This document shows, one piece after another, positions 28,077 through 44,128 of a DNA stretch of 64,000 nucleotides; position 1 is the first letter of the stretch; the number at the start of each line of letters is the position of its first letter. This DNA comes from Octopus sinensis. Its lineage: Eukaryota. The stretch covers positions 46,128,001 through 46,192,000 of the forward strand of contig NC_043004.1 of assembly GCF_006345805.1 (NCBI RefSeq), read 5' to 3'. Below the pieces are notes generated by a model that saw nothing but the letters and a program-made list of their open reading frames with translations, did not search any database and was not told the DNA's origin. The translations under genes were made by a program, and so were the position numbers.

Positions 28077-28986
28077 ATACACAAATGCAGGTTATACTAA
28101 CATAATATTATTGTTTAGTAAATCTGAATTCAAAATATCAGTTGTAGCTTTATTTCATCCGACTGAATAAAATACAGAATAGCATTCACAACAACAATAC
28201 AATACACATGAATATATAACATAAAATGAATTTATGGAAAATAAAGGCCGAAAATACTTAAATAGAAAAATACATGGAAACAGATAAAATACAAAGATAA
28301 ATAAGTACCCTATGAGATTATTGTGAAAGGTATTTCCTACAAATACTTTCAAACATTTCTAAAGATTGAAATAATAGAGAATTCCTACTGCCTAAACCAA
28401 CACAACCGCCACCACCGCAGGCACCAATATCGCCACCAACATCAACACCATCACCACCATCAACACCATCACCACGACCACTCTACTTTTACGTTTGAAA
28501 ATATAAGTAAAACGATGGGAATCAATACATATCAGATAATTTGCCAGTGATTCCATCAACTTCAGATTTATCTGCCAAGGAGACTATTGCGAAAATTTCC
28601 ATAAGCAACGTATATAAATACGCCCAAAAAAATTTTAAAAACTACCAACAAATATGTGTTAGTGTGCTTGCTTATCTCTGTGGATATGACAGTGCGTTTG
28701 TACGTATATATATATGTGTGTGCATGTGTTTGTGTGTGTGAGAGAGTGTGTGTGTGCGCAAGAGAGAGCAAGAGAAAAAGAGAGAAAGAAAGGAATAGAG
28801 AGAGAGAGAGAGGGAGGATTAAAATATGTATGTTTCTGTTCCAAGATTTTATACAACAAATGTTTCCCGTTGATTATCATAGTGTTTGGTATGCAAAATC
28901 TCTCGAGCGATTAGGATTTACATTTACGTTTTCACATATTCAGGTAATTCCTCTCTATCTCTCTATATCTCTATTGATCTTTCAAT

Positions 28987-29261
<275 letters not shown>

Positions 29262-29803
29262 CTGTCTGTGTATCTGTCTGCCTGGCTGCGAGTATATTTC
29301 TGTATATATATATATATGTGTGTGTATGTGTGTGTGTATGTATGTATTTATGCATGTATGTATATACGCACAAACACATCATACTGCTAAAATTAGTTGT
29401 TATAAATATAAAGAAAATTCACCTAAATATCATTTTGTGATTTGAATTTGATGCAAATTTCAGGAAAAACGTGAAGTAGAATTCTCCGAAAAATATCTAA
29501 AATGAGAAAAAATGCTAATATGTGCAATGGAGGCGATAGAAATCGATGAGTTATATGTTGTTCATAGTTCCATATCTGAATGCGTCTATTTTAGTTTGTT
29601 TCGTTTTCATTTAATACATTTTGCATATACATTGACTTGTGTATCATTATGCTTGTCTGTTTTGGAAATTCGTTTGTTTTTTTGTTATTTGTCCAATAGA
29701 ATTTTTTTCAAACTATTGGCTATTCAAGAATTGAATATATCTTTTTTTAAATATATGATCTATTACTTTGTTATATACTAACATACAGAAATGTATAGAT
29801 TCG

Positions 29804-29945
<142 letters not shown>

Positions 29946-31744
29946 TGTGTGTATGTGCGTGTGTGTCTGTGTGTATATGTGTGTGTATATCCTGAAAAAA
30001 CACACACGACACTCACTCACACGCACACACGTAAATACAGGTATGTATTGTGAGTCTTCATATAAATATATATACAGAGAAAGAAAGCAACAGAGAGATA
30101 AAAGAAGTAATGAGAGATTTGTTTAATAAGTTTTGCTTATTCAGGGAAATGACGACGAAATCAATGTAGGATGTAAGAGTAAATACTATAGAATATTTCA
30201 AAGGGTGTGTGCTGCAAACAAATATATGTTTGTTTCACCCCCTTTGTAAGATATCAACCTTTAGTATCGATTATACGTATGTGCCTGTCGGAGTTTACAT
30301 ATTTGGAACATAACGTATATAAAAATGGCCAAACTAACAAAATGAAGATACCATTGTTTTTAGCAATAACTCATTCTATTAAAATACTGTTATTTAGAAT
30401 TTTATCTCACTGATACTGCTACGGCAATAAATAAAAGCATGGTGAAGTAAGAAATTGAGATATCGACAAAATTTATTCCTATACCTTCTAAAAAATATAC
30501 GAAATTTCTACAGCAGAAAATGGCAGTTTTATCAAAAGACATCGAAAGTATGCATATGTTATCGATAAACCAGATAATAACAGAAATTACATTCAAAAAT
30601 TTGGATTTATCTCCTGGAATTGGCTGTTCACCAATATTGATAGAGATGCGTTGGAATAGGTTCTGTATTTATAAATTATTACGTACATTTCTAGAAAATC
30701 GACACTACCTTTAATATGCTGTTTATTACGAATCTAACCAAAATTAAAGCATACATACCCGAAACTGTATCCAATCTAACACACCGAATAAACCATATGG
30801 TATTTACCAGAATATTTTTGACCGGCATATTTTTAATTCCATCACGAATAACAAATTATAGAATTGGGGGCAAAAATGTTTAACTTTAATCAACACGCAA
30901 AGCGGATATTTAGTGTTAGATCAGGAATGAATATCAGATCTAACACATTTTCAATACAGGGTAACTACGTTTTGGATTATGAACTGATATCGTCCGCCTT
31001 ACTGATTAACTTTAGCGAATCTGACATCAGTAAAATTAGTATAATTATATTTAATGGAATTATTTCTCAAATCAAATTGATATTATCACTAACGTACACA
31101 TGATAAATAAAACAAACTACATACCCTATCAAAGTAGTTTCGATCCGCTGCAAATGCAATTTCTGATCAATAAAAATTGCACATCAATCACACAAACCTG
31201 AAACGGGGAGGAATTGTCCGCTTGCAATCTTTTGCAAGCATCAATGAAAATAAAGATGAAATTGTATTGCTCCACACGTAAAAGTATCTTGTGCAAAAAA
31301 ATGTCAATTAAGAAATCATTCAGGTTATTTCCGATCCTTAAACTTTACTCATCAGAACAACACTCGAATGATTATTACCGTAAACTAACAGAATACAATA
31401 TCAAATTGATAACAATGAAACACTACAGACTTTATCAACATACACGCGTCTCGAATCTACATAAATGTAACACAGTTACAGCCAATCTCGTGCATCGTCC
31501 TTGTGATGTTCATCAATAGAACAATGAATACGAACAGGCTGAATATAATAAAAAGCAGCGTAGGATATAATGTACCACCAACTCGCCGTCCTAAATCGTT
31601 CATATAAAAGTCTTTATTTCCGAAAACTTGAATTGGAATTTAATAGCTTCTATTCTTTGAACGGAAGGAAATGCTGAATCTAGGAGTCGCTGGCTTTGAC
31701 ATAATGAGTCAGTGTTTTAGATGTTATTATTGGTGATATTCTGC

Positions 31745-31875
31745 TGGGGTCGACTTTGCCTTTAATTTTTCTCGAGGTTGATAAATTAAGTACCAGTGAA
31801 ACACTGGGGTCGATGTAAACGACTAGTCCCCTCACCCCAAATTTCGGGCCTTGTGACTTTAGTAGAAAGGATTAT
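31745..31875 (+). mobile_element. SINE family 2-related, 3' part
   Basis: GGGGTCGACTTTGCCTTT...AAGTACCAGTGAAACACTGGGGTCGATGTAA...AGTAGAAAGGATT. Confidence 0.75.
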
Positions 31876-31994
31876 GGTGTTATTAATCTTGTTAATACCA
31901 CTGCTTCTTTTGTCATCCACAATGCTTTTGTAATTGTTTAAACTTAAATAACTCCTGACTTATGACAAAAGATGGCATTATTCAACGTCTCTTA

Positions 31995-32212
31995 TCTAAT
32001 CCTTTCTACTCTAGGCACAAGACCTTAAATTTTGGGGGAGGGGGCTAGACGATATTACATCGATTACATTGTCTGAGGGATACTTAATTCATAGACCCAG
32101 AAAGTATGAAAGGGATGGTCGGCATCGGCGGAATTTGAACTCAGAACGAAAGACATGCAAAATGCCGCTAAGCAATTTTTCCGGCGTGGTAACGATTCTG
32201 CCAGCTCTGCTT
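31995..32212 (-). mobile_element. SINE family 2-related, diverged
   Basis: Contains CGGCGGAATTTGAACTCAGAACG and TTCTGCCAGCTC, as in other family 2 copies. Confidence 0.75.
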
Positions 32213-33005
32213 CTTATATAATCAAAATAAGTTGCTAATTGGGAAAGATTTGGCTGCTAAATCTACCAGATTGCTGAGCCAGTATGCTTCTCTTATTCAC
32301 TCGTTGCTGTTGCTGTTCTTCTATCGTTCCTCATAGTCATGCTACTTTTAGGATTTATAGCATAGCAGTTTTGAGTATGCCGTATTTTTGTTGTTTATAC
32401 TGTGATTTCGGTTGGTGCAGCTGAAGTTATTTGAAAATTACTGTAGCTGTTCAAAAATATTATTGCTGACACTGTCACTTCGGTGTCGTCGTTGATGTCG
32501 TGTTGTTGTTGTCATCGGTAACAGCATGTCACCTACATATTACAACTAAACATTGGTATCAGCTGTCTTCCATTTTAGTATCAATATCATTGTTAACTAT
32601 TTCACTGGATATGTATTTTTTTCGAAATGGTCTTCAGGGGAAAATCATTTTATCGATAAAATTTATTTATTAAATTCAGAATTAACAAATAAATACAAAT
32701 GCATTCACAACGTCACAACCACTTATTCTTCATTGATATCTCTCACTACGCCAACCGCTTCAATTGTCAACTGGGCTCTTGGAATGTCAGTAAAATTTGT
32801 CAGCTCAGCAAGGCATGTGACAAGATAAACAATTCTTATATCTCCCATGAATAAGAGAGATTTTCGATGATGTCAATACCTTCTTGTTACGAACATATCA
32901 ACTTCTTGGAACAAAACAGAGAAGTTTCCAAAAATTAATTACAATTTCGGAAATGTTGCCGACACATTCCTCAATGAGCGAATAATGGGTCATAATTAAA
33001 TACAC

Positions 33006-33057
<52 letters not shown>

Positions 33058-33292
33058 CATGGGAACTGCTCATATCCTACGCAAAATACTTTCTTTGTAA
33101 TCTCAAGTTTTAAAACAAACATAATTTTCGTATGGTTTTTTTAGGCATTCACTAGTACAACACTAAGTACAAAACAAAATATATGGCACTCTAGGCATAA
33201 CTCTAACATGAACTTCCAACTTGTTGTCCCTTGAGGTCTCTGGGTGAGACTTGGAGCCAGCTTATGCAAATGTAAAGCAAAAGTCAAACATA

Positions 33293-33293
<1 letters not shown>
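33058..33293 (+). mobile_element. R4/Dong-like LINE 3' terminal fragment between (AAT)n tracts
   Basis: MGTAHILRKILS* then a 3' UTR ending AAGTCAAACATAG(AAT)n. A homolog lies on the minus strand at 55227-55519. Confidence 0.8.
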
Positions 33294-33372
<79 letters not shown>

Positions 33373-33944
33373 GAGTTGGGACCTATATACAATGGAAACT
33401 ATGCCAACATTATGGAATATCAACAGAAAAAATATGGTATAGGCACACACCAGAAAAGGTCACAGAAAACGAGAAAGCAACCATACTCTGGGATATGCCA
33501 ATACACACAGATAGAGAAATTAAGGCTAACAGACCAGATATAGTTGTCAGAGATCATGAAGAAAAATAATGTTTTCTAATTGATGTATCAATACCAGCGG
33601 ATGACAACGTCTCTCTAAAAGAAATGGAGAAACTTTCAAAATACAAAACCTGGAAATAAAGGTAACCAGAATGTGGAATCTAAAAGCAGAAACAATTCCT
33701 ATCATAGTAGGTGCATTAGGCATGATAAAAAAATATTCAGACAAATACATAACAAAAACACCAGAACTTACAAACACATATAACATACAGAAAATTGCAC
33801 TACTAGTCACTGCACACATCCTACGCAGAGCACTTTGCATACAATAACCATCGGAGCATCACAACAAATCACAGCACATACCCAAGGCACACAGAGCTGC
33901 GCTCGGTAGTGAAGTGAAAGGACGATATAAAAAATATACTACTG
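33373..33944 (+). mobile_element. R4/Dong-like LINE 3' fragment with restriction-like endonuclease
   Basis: ILWDMPIHTDREIKANRPDIVVRD..LIDVSIP..KEMEKLSKY..IPIIVGALG..TAHILRRAL (PD-D/E-xK RLE). Flanked by (AAT)n. Confidence 0.9.
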
Positions 33945-34023
33945 AATAATAATAATAATAATTTTAATTATAATTTTAATAATACTAATAGTTTTTAATA
34001 ATATTATTATTATTGTTGTTGTT

Positions 34024-34290
34024 ATGTTCGAACCAAATGTTTGCTCTGTCAAGCCTGTACTTGTTGCAAAGCGTCCAATGGAAAATCCATGTTATATTTT
34101 CATGACGTCTCTTATATTCTTTCTCGGTGAGTGGCATACGTTGACTGGTAGTATGCTATATGGTTTCACCAGATTGTCCACAACTTCTGCACTTGTCACG
34201 TTCTGACGTTATCTATTCTGCTTTTGATATAATTAGTTCTTAATGTTTGCACTTGCGCAGCACATATTAGAGTCTCCGTTTCTGGTTTCA
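34024..34290 (-). mobile_element. R4/Dong-like LINE fragment (CCHC knuckle region)
   Basis: Frameshifted ETESLICAAQTLRTNYIKSRID...EKEYKRRHENITWIFHWTLCNKY...WFEH. Flanked by (ATT)n. Confidence 0.75.
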
Positions 34291-34324
34291 TTATTATTAT
34301 TATTAACATTATTATTATTATTAC

Positions 34325-35012
<688 letters not shown>

Positions 35013-35055
35013 ATTATTATTATTATTATTATTATTTTATTATTATTATTATTAT

Positions 35056-35615
35056 TCAGTAGTCTTATTTTTATCACCTGCTTTCACTGCACTACCGACC
35101 ACAGCTCTCTGTGTCTTGGTATGTGCTTTGGTTTGCTTTGATGCTCTTATTTTTAATGTATTGAAAGTATTTTACGTAAGCTGTGTGTGGTGACTTGTAA
35201 TGCTATTTTCTGTACGTTATATATATTTGTTAATCCTGATGTTTTTGTTACGCATTTGACTGAATATTTTTTTATCATACCTAATGCGCCTATTACGATA
35301 AGAATTGTTTCTGTTTTTAGATTCCACATTCGAGCTACCCCTATTTCTGGGTCTTTGTATTTTGAAATTTTCTCCGTTTCTTTTAAAGAAACGTTGTCAT
35401 TTGTTGGTATTGATACATCGATTAGAAAGCACTTTTCGTTTCTTGATGATCTCTGAAAACTATATCCGACCTATTAGCCTTAATTTCTCTAATTGCGTGT
35501 ATTGGCATATCCCATAGTATGATTGCGTTCTCATTTTCTGTCACCTTTTCTAGCGTGTACCTATAGCATTTTTTTTCTGTTTTTATTTCATATTCTTGAA
35601 TTAAATTCCAGTGTA

Positions 35616-35617
<2 letters not shown>
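35056..35617 (-). mobile_element. R4/Dong-like LINE 3' fragment, tandem copy 2
   Basis: Apparently identical to 34451-35012 at an offset of 605 bp; the translated ORFs in the track are identical. Confidence 0.9.
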
Positions 35618-35683
<66 letters not shown>

Positions 35684-35722
35684 GTTGTCGTTGTTGTTGT
35701 TGTGTTGTTCTTATCATCATTC

Positions 35723-35757
<35 letters not shown>

Positions 35758-36031
35758 TTCATCATCATAATTTCAACAGAAACAGAGACGTAGACCGCCC
35801 CTACCTAAAACGAAATCAATGCGGCAGAGGCTGAACACCGTTCCAAAATATCTTTAAATGTCATAACTCCTTCGACAACATCTTTATTGAAGTGAATCCC
35901 TGGAGTAGGTTTGCATACATGAGGCAGATAGCATCATAGGAAGTAGAAGACAGCACATTGAACAACATTCTTTGTCTCATAACCTAGAATACATACCCAC
36001 AGAAATCGCATCAGATGAAAGGATGAGCCTA

Positions 36032-36094
36032 TACTCTCTTACATGTTTCAGTCATTTGACTGCGGCCATGCTGGACCACCGCCTTTAATCGAAC
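36032..36094 (-). mobile_element. SINE family 1, 3' tail fragment
   Basis: TTTCAGTCATTTGACTGCGGCCATGCTGGACCACCGCC. Confidence 0.75.
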
Positions 36095-38740
36095 AAAGTG
36101 AGCGGTCTACGTCACTGTTTCTGTTGAAATTATGCGTGCTCTGTTAGTATATATGTATATTTGCATGTATGTATGTATGTATGTATGTATGTTTGTATCT
36201 ATGTATCTATCTATCTAGGTAGTGTATGTATGTATCCATGTATCTATCTATCAATCTATGTATCTATCTATCTATATATATATATGTGTGTGCGTGTGTG
36301 TATGTATGTGTGTGTATGAATGTATATTTGTATGTATATATCGTATGTGTGTTTTGTAGGTATGTATGTATGGATGTATGTATGCTTGTATGCATTTATG
36401 AATGTTCGTATGTATGTATGAATGTATATACGTACGGTTGTATGTATTTATGTGTGTTTGTAGGTATTTATATTTGTATGTATGTTTGTTTGTAGGAATG
36501 TATTCGTGCTTGTAGATATGTATATTCATATGTATATGTGTATGTATGTTTCTGTGTATGTGTGTGCGTGTGCGCCCGTTCTTAGATACAACTATGCATT
36601 CTTTTTTTAAGTTATTAAGCCCTTCTTTATATTCGTATCAGAAGTGCCAATCCCTTTTTTCTCGGAATTATCCAGGAATATATTTTGTCTGGCTAATTTC
36701 AATGTTAACACAACTTATACTTAGAATAATCTTTTATAAGGAGGAAGAAAATACCGAGAATTTCTGGACTGATCTCTGTCCAATCCACTCTTGTCACGTT
36801 TTATATCGAGAGAAAATTCTATTATTCGTGTCTTCGGATCTATGGCGAATTACATTGCATTAATTTTTATCTTGCAATCTCTGTCCGTCCGGTTATCTCT
36901 GTGCTGGCCTTGTATTTTATCTTACTGTCTCCTTCTGTGTTGTTATATTTCTCTCTCACTCTCACACAGTTATTCTTTCTTTATATAATCTCCTATTCAC
37001 ATCTACCGCTTTGGCTTGTTTTACTCTGATTATCACCTTTTTCATAGTTTCTTTATTCTTAAGCGTCTGTTCATATGAAAGTTTATGTTGATTGCGTATT
37101 TGTGGCTGATGATATTGTTTTGTTGTTTATTATTCAAGAATTGCTTCCGTCATCGCTTCATTTTGTGCTTCATAATCAATTGCGTTTTTCGTTTTCTTTT
37201 GCTGCTGTATATATTTACCGCTTGAAATTGCCATTGAAAGTGCATCCTTCTATTACATATTTCTCTGATTTTTAGTTTTGCATTTTATGTTGTTATGATT
37301 AACACAACTGTTGCTATTTTCGTCATATTTATTGTTCTTATATTCCCATCAAAATAATTTTTGCTCTCGGTCTTGTTATGAATAACTTTGTTGTTAATAG
37401 GGCGCTTCACATTATTGTTTTTACATCTGTTTACAAACGGTTAGGTGTTGTTTAAGCGATTCTCCCTTCATATTATTATACGAGGTTTTCGTTATCGTCA
37501 CTTGTTTTAAATAGCTTATACATTGTTTATATATTCGGTGGCATTTTAGATATTTCTTCTGATATTTCCACAACTTTGCTCTATTAGTTTTATCGTTCTA
37601 TTTACTATAGATATTCTTTGAGTTGAGAAACCATTATTTTAATTCTTGCAATAAAGAAGGGATATGTGAAACATATTTTGAAACCCACTCGCTAAGCTCT
37701 GTTACAAGTTTCGATATTATTCCATCTAGTTCAAATTAGATTATGTTTATTATAGTGCTTCCTTATTTCATTGTTAATAAAAAAGATACAACTCAAGACC
37801 AATCTTAAATCAAATGTGATTAAGGTGAATTTTGACCAAAGGTATTCCAAACATGTCCATCACACTGTTAACGTTTCTCTCAAACATTATCGAATGAAAA
37901 CAAAGACAAAAAACAACAATAAACACAACAGGGTGCTCTTTGAAGAAAATTTAGCTGTTACTTCTAATAGACAACACTACAGCATAGCGGCTTCCGAATT
38001 ATCATCTATAATGACCAGTAATATTCAATGGTTTTGATAATCGATCATATCGATATGCTAAATATATATATTGGCGTTCTACTCAAGAGATCAATATTCA
38101 CCCAGTAGTTATTATATTTGTATTTATCTCCTGTTATTTGTCATATTATTATTATTATTAGTAACTTTGCCAGTTCTATTGATTTTCAAGATGCTGTACG
38201 TTCTGCTACTTTTCTTGCTATTCCTCTTCGCATTCTATTTATTGGCGTTGTCATTTCTCTCAGTTGTATATGTTATAGTTTTCCTATATTTTCTGGCGTG
38301 CCATTGTTGGTGATATTATTTCATATTTTTTTTCACTTTTCTCATTGTTTTTCTAGCCGTACGTCAGTGGCTATGATCAATTAGGCTTTAGTTGACACCG
38401 TTTGGCCATTTTCTTTACACAGACTAGTACCGTTCATCTTCACCTTTATTTTTAAGACAATGAACATGAAATTTTAAGACCGATGACCGCAGCCGCATGG
38501 CTGGAAGAAGTAAAAGAATATATATTACAGCGCCATAAAGTTTCCTTTTACTTCTACGGTGAACAGATTCTATGTTAATTCCTTCACAAAATTTGTTCTA
38601 AGATCAGATCATAATTCTTCTACTTGTTGATCCTTTTTTTTTGTTTGAGGCCATTGTATCTGGTATCCTAGACTTAATAGAAGGTTGTGGTTTGGATCAA
38701 TATTGTATCAGGTCATGTGACACTATAGAAACTATATTAT

Positions 38741-38812
<72 letters not shown>

Positions 38813-39912
38813 CACGCTGCTGCTGCTATTTGGATTACTACATGCGATGGTTTTTGGTGGTTAATTATGAAAAAACGCGAATGTGTGAAATATATGAGTA
38901 GACTTTAATACGTCTTCCTATGATCGCTAGATGGACATTTTTCGAGTTAACACATGAAAATGCTTCTACGGCAACCTACGAGAAGCAGAAGCCTTTTGCT
39001 GCCCTACATCACACCCTATTAAGTAAGCTAATTACGCAGTGGAAAATGTAAAAGTTCATTTCTGTATATACCAATAATATTTTCTTGGTCGGTCATGGAA
39101 CCCGTTCATTCATAGAATAATACGCTTCTTCAGGAATGAGGTTTTGTATAAATTGGCTGTTTGATCAAGATGACCGTATACTAAACGCTGAAAGCAGTAT
39201 AAAGCCATATCATGCTGGAGATGTTAATTAAGTGTAACAGAGACGCATCCTTAATTTTAGTTAGCATTTGTCACTTATCCGTCTAACATAAGAGGAACAA
39301 GTGTTCAAAACTTTGGTCCTATAAAATTTTATTTTAGGCTTTGTATAAAGATTAACTATTTCTAACATTACTGTTGTGTTGTGTTGTAGCTGTTTTCCGT
39401 TTATGCAAAATGTTATTGAAGGTGTTAGCAGCGCTGACGTTAATGCTGTTTTAGTAATTTTACTTGCTCATGCTGACTTCATCGTTAATCCTGCAATTTG
39501 CGGAGATAATTTCATGGTTATGACGTCTAATTTTCAACCATTTCCTAATCAATACAAGCTCACGTTATTGCCAATGTTATCTGGAATACGCAGAAGATTT
39601 CTTATTCTATTCAAAGAACGTTTTTCATTGAGTAATACGACAAGAAGGACAACGGATTAACATGTCGATTTTTTCATAATCGATCTAATTTCGGCTTGCA
39701 TTTTACAGATATATAGTTTATTCAGTCAACACGTGGGAGACAAAAAATGTTGCTAAAAATTTGTAACTCGGTTGATTAGGAAAATATTGAGGAAGCAGAA
39801 ACTACAAGCGCATTAATATTATCAGTAAAAATGTGTGCCTGTGTGTGAGCGTGTGTACGCTTATATACATGCATACATACTTACACACATACACACACAT
39901 ACATATATAAAT

Positions 39913-39950
<38 letters not shown>

Positions 39951-40451
39951 GGATATTTATATATATATATATATGTGTGTGTAGGTATACATGCGAGATT
40001 ATATATATAGCCGTAAATATATTCACAAACATGCAATATATATATGGACATACAGACACACAACTGAACGTTTATGTATGTCTGTATAACGTACACAACT
40101 ACACACATATGTACGTAGACCAATACAAATATATGTGCATGTATGTTCGTGCGTATGTGTGTTTGCATGTGTGTGTGTGTGTGTGAAAAAATTATACAAT
40201 ATGACTGACGTAGAAAGAACTAGCAAAATTGAGAGAGAGAGTATAGAGATGAGTGTTGTATGTGTGAATATGTATGGGGGCAGATTATGGTCTGTTTTAT
40301 GAATTTACAAGTCATGTGTACACATAGAAATATCTAAATAATCATCTGTTTATCCAGAACATATATAACCCACAGCAAATGGTGGCACGGACATATTAGC
40401 AGGTTGTGAGTATTCATCGTGTAAAAGTATTCGAGCTCTGCTGTAGCTCGC

Positions 40452-40492
<41 letters not shown>

Positions 40493-40902
40493 TATATATA
40501 CATATATAAAATATATATGTATGTATGTATGTATATATATATAGATATATACATATATATATATGTATATATATATATACATATATATATGTGTGTATGT
40601 ATATATCTATATATATCACTAGGGTGTAATTTGCTGCTGCGAGCACCAGTAGAGCTCGTATACTTGTACTTATATATACATACATACATACATACATACA
40701 TATACATACATAGATACATACATACATACATACATGTATATATATTTGTGTTTGTGTACCTATGTATGTATATAGATATGTAGGCGTGTGTATTTTATAA
40801 TTACTTATACATATATATGTATTTATAATTATAAATGTATATATATGTATATATGTGTGTATATATACACACACATTCATATATATATATACATATACAT
40901 AC

Positions 40903-40959
<57 letters not shown>

Positions 40960-41394
40960 CATATATATATACTTGTATGAGTGCGTGATGTGTGTGTATT
41001 GTGTGTGTGTGTGTCGCGTGGGTGTGTGTGTCTGAGTATGTATGTGATATTATATATCATACTTATCAAAGCAGAAGACAGATCCTAGATTAAAAAACAA
41101 CAAACTCGAGGCAGAAATTTAGTCACGTAAATATTGCTTATTGGTTTACCGTGTCCCCAATTTCGAACTACTTTCAATGTGTATACTTCGATTTCCTATT
41201 AGGAAGATATATTTACATTTATATTTATTCTATAAGTTTTGACAGGTTCGACTCTCGTACTTACTTTATCGATCTTTATTAATCGTGTAGCTCTATGACG
41301 TATATAAAACGACAAATCACGATGATGGTAAACAAAAACAGATTCGGATGGCGTCGACAAAAACTTAAGAACACTTGTACCTATACACAACATG

Positions 41395-41443
<49 letters not shown>

Positions 41444-43024
41444 CTGTGCATGTGTGTCTGCGTGTGTGTGTGTCTATGTGTGTGTATGTGTGTGTGCTTA
41501 TGTGTATATACATACTCATAGGGAAACAAACACACACACACACTCACACAGACATATACACACACACACGCACACTTACAGACACATATAATTATATAGG
41601 CATAGACCCATGTACGTGTATATATTTTTTTAATCGAGCGGATAATTAGAATCCACACAATCACCTTTGGGATCTAGACTCTCTCATTCGCAAAATGAGC
41701 CACCCCCACCCCACTTAATTTTGCTCAGATTGCTTTCAGTTTTGGCGTATCGATGCCACTCTGAATTTTGATTACGATCAACTAATTACCGTATTTCGTA
41801 AATGAGAAATTTGGGTAATTTTAGCCAATCAACAGACAGCGTGGCATTAGCAGCTTCTTACCATGACAACCACACGCTGTACTGTGGTTCACAATTGTTT
41901 GCGCCGCTGTTGTCTATCTTGATTTTTCTCACCACGAGATTCTTTTCAACCGCATGTTTTGTTTTAACTTTTCTGTGTGTCTCTTATATTATATATTTTC
42001 TGTGCTTCTGTGTGTTAGTATCTTTCTCTACTTTTTTCTTTGTTAGTATTTTTCTGTGCTTTTTTCTGAGTTAGCATTTTTCTCTACTTTTTCTGTTTGT
42101 TAGTATTTTTACATATTTTTTATTCCATATATTTTTGGGACTCATTGACTCAGATAGCTGGATTTATCATTTCACTAGGTTAATTCTGTTCATAAGAATT
42201 TATATTAAGAGTATTTCTTAACTGATACTTAGCTCATGTAGCAGGAACTGAGAGGGATATCTTGGAACAGCGAAACTGTGAGTGATAAAGATAATCTGAC
42301 ATTATTTTAGAATTCTGCATGCAAAAACGTATAAGATACTGGTATTATTTTCCTTGGGACAAATTCTTTGTCGACCAGTGTTATCATTATCCAAGCATGG
42401 AAACGTAACTAAATTTTGGAGTTTTGGAGACAGATGCCCCCCTTCGCGCGCACACACACACATGAATGCATTGATGTACATATAAACTTATATATGAATG
42501 CCTACATCCAAATGCAGTTATTAATGATGTACACAAATACGTGACAAGTATACATAATACTGAAATACGCAATAAAGTAAAGACACGCAGACAAATATAT
42601 TAATATAACAAATTTAAAAAATAATAAAGCCATACTATCAATGAAGAGACAAAAGAAACAGTAAGATGATACATGTTGATTTTATTAGGTATTTCTGTTT
42701 ATTTAGAACAGGTCAGACGCTAAACTCTAAATTTAATAGGGTACAACCTTAAATTGAAACCACACCGCTAAACGCAGAAAATTTCTGTCTCGCTATTGGC
42801 TAAAAGTTTACCGGTTTTTCGATTTTTAAACTTATGTAGCTTTTTTCTCCAATTTGTTTCTCCACAACAGTGAATTTAAATCAATGTTATTGCACATTTC
42901 AAGGCACGAACACCACTTCGTATTAGATACAAAAATATGTAACTTATGAACACTAAATAATACTTCAGCGGTTCATGGTTATGTCCACCGAGCAGACAAA
43001 TAGACAAAATAGAAATGTTAATTT

Positions 43025-43445
43025 ATACCTATTTCTTTATTGCCCACAAGGGGCTAAACGTGGAGGGGACAAACAAGGACAGACAAACGGATTAAGTCGA
43101 TTACATCGACCCCAGTACGTAAATGGTACTTAATTTATCGACCCCGAAAGGATGAAAGGCAAAGTCGACCTCGGCGAAATTTGAACTCAGAACGTAGCGG
43201 CAGACGAAATACCTATTTCTTTACTACCAACAAGGGGCTAAACATGGAGGGGACAAACAAGGACAGACAAACGGATTAAGTTGATTACATCGACCCCAGT
43301 GCGTAAATGGTACTTATTTAATCGACCCCGAAAGGATGAAAGGCAAAGTCGACCTCGGCGGAATTTGAGCTCAGAACGTAGCGGCAGACGAAATACCGCT
43401 GAGCATTTCGCTCGGCGTGCTAGCATTTCTGCCAGCTCGCCTCCT
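43025..43445 (-). mobile_element. SINE family 2 with tandemly duplicated 184-bp body
   Basis: ATACC anchors at 43025, 43209 and 43393; a single head at 43393-43445. Confidence 0.9.
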
Positions 43446-43981
43446 TAATGTTAACTTATACCACCAGCCCGTTAGCATACTATGAATCCAAGCAGTTTTA
43501 GGGCATCAAAAAAAATCAAAATAGATTTCTTCCTGCTATTTCAAACAACTTATTTCTTCTGCGATAACTTGGTCAGTAAGATGATATCTCAGGCAAAATT
43601 TCAATGAGGTGACAGACCAAATAATTGACAAATTTAGTTCCACAATTACAAAAATCAATAATTTTGTACGCTGATACGCAATGCTTTTGTTTGTGTGTAA
43701 GAGGGAGAAAGATATATATATATATATAGAGAGAGAGAGAAATAGAGAGAGAGAGAAAATGTGTGTATGTAGGTGTGCCTCTCTCTATCTTACTGTCTCT
43801 CTTTCTCTCTCTCATGCACGCGCGCGGTCGCTCTTTTGCATTCACATGCTTTATGTGCATGAATATGAATACACATACACTCACACACTCACATGCGCGC
43901 ACATACATAAATGTTAATAAACATAAGTACAAACCTCTACTTTCTATATATTTGAGGGAGAATAAGTATGAAAGCCATAAT

Positions 43982-44036
43982 AATTGTAATAGTACTACTA
44001 CTACTACTACTACTACTACTAATGATAATAATAATC

Positions 44037-44080
<44 letters not shown>

Positions 44081-44128
44081 CATAAAAATAATGATAACAA
44101 CAACAACAACAACAATAATAATAATAAT
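43982..44128. repeat. (ACT)/(AAT)/(AAC) trinucleotide compound repeat
   Basis: Direct observation. Confidence 0.95.

Noticed and set aside
30450-31600. Several 55-100 codon ORFs in non-repetitive sequence
   Set aside because: No recognisable domain, no consistent exon chain, and lengths compatible with chance.
36600-38400. Strongly strand-biased (A-rich minus strand) tract suggesting a decayed retroelement ORF
   Set aside because: Many stops and no diagnostic motif; cannot be assigned.
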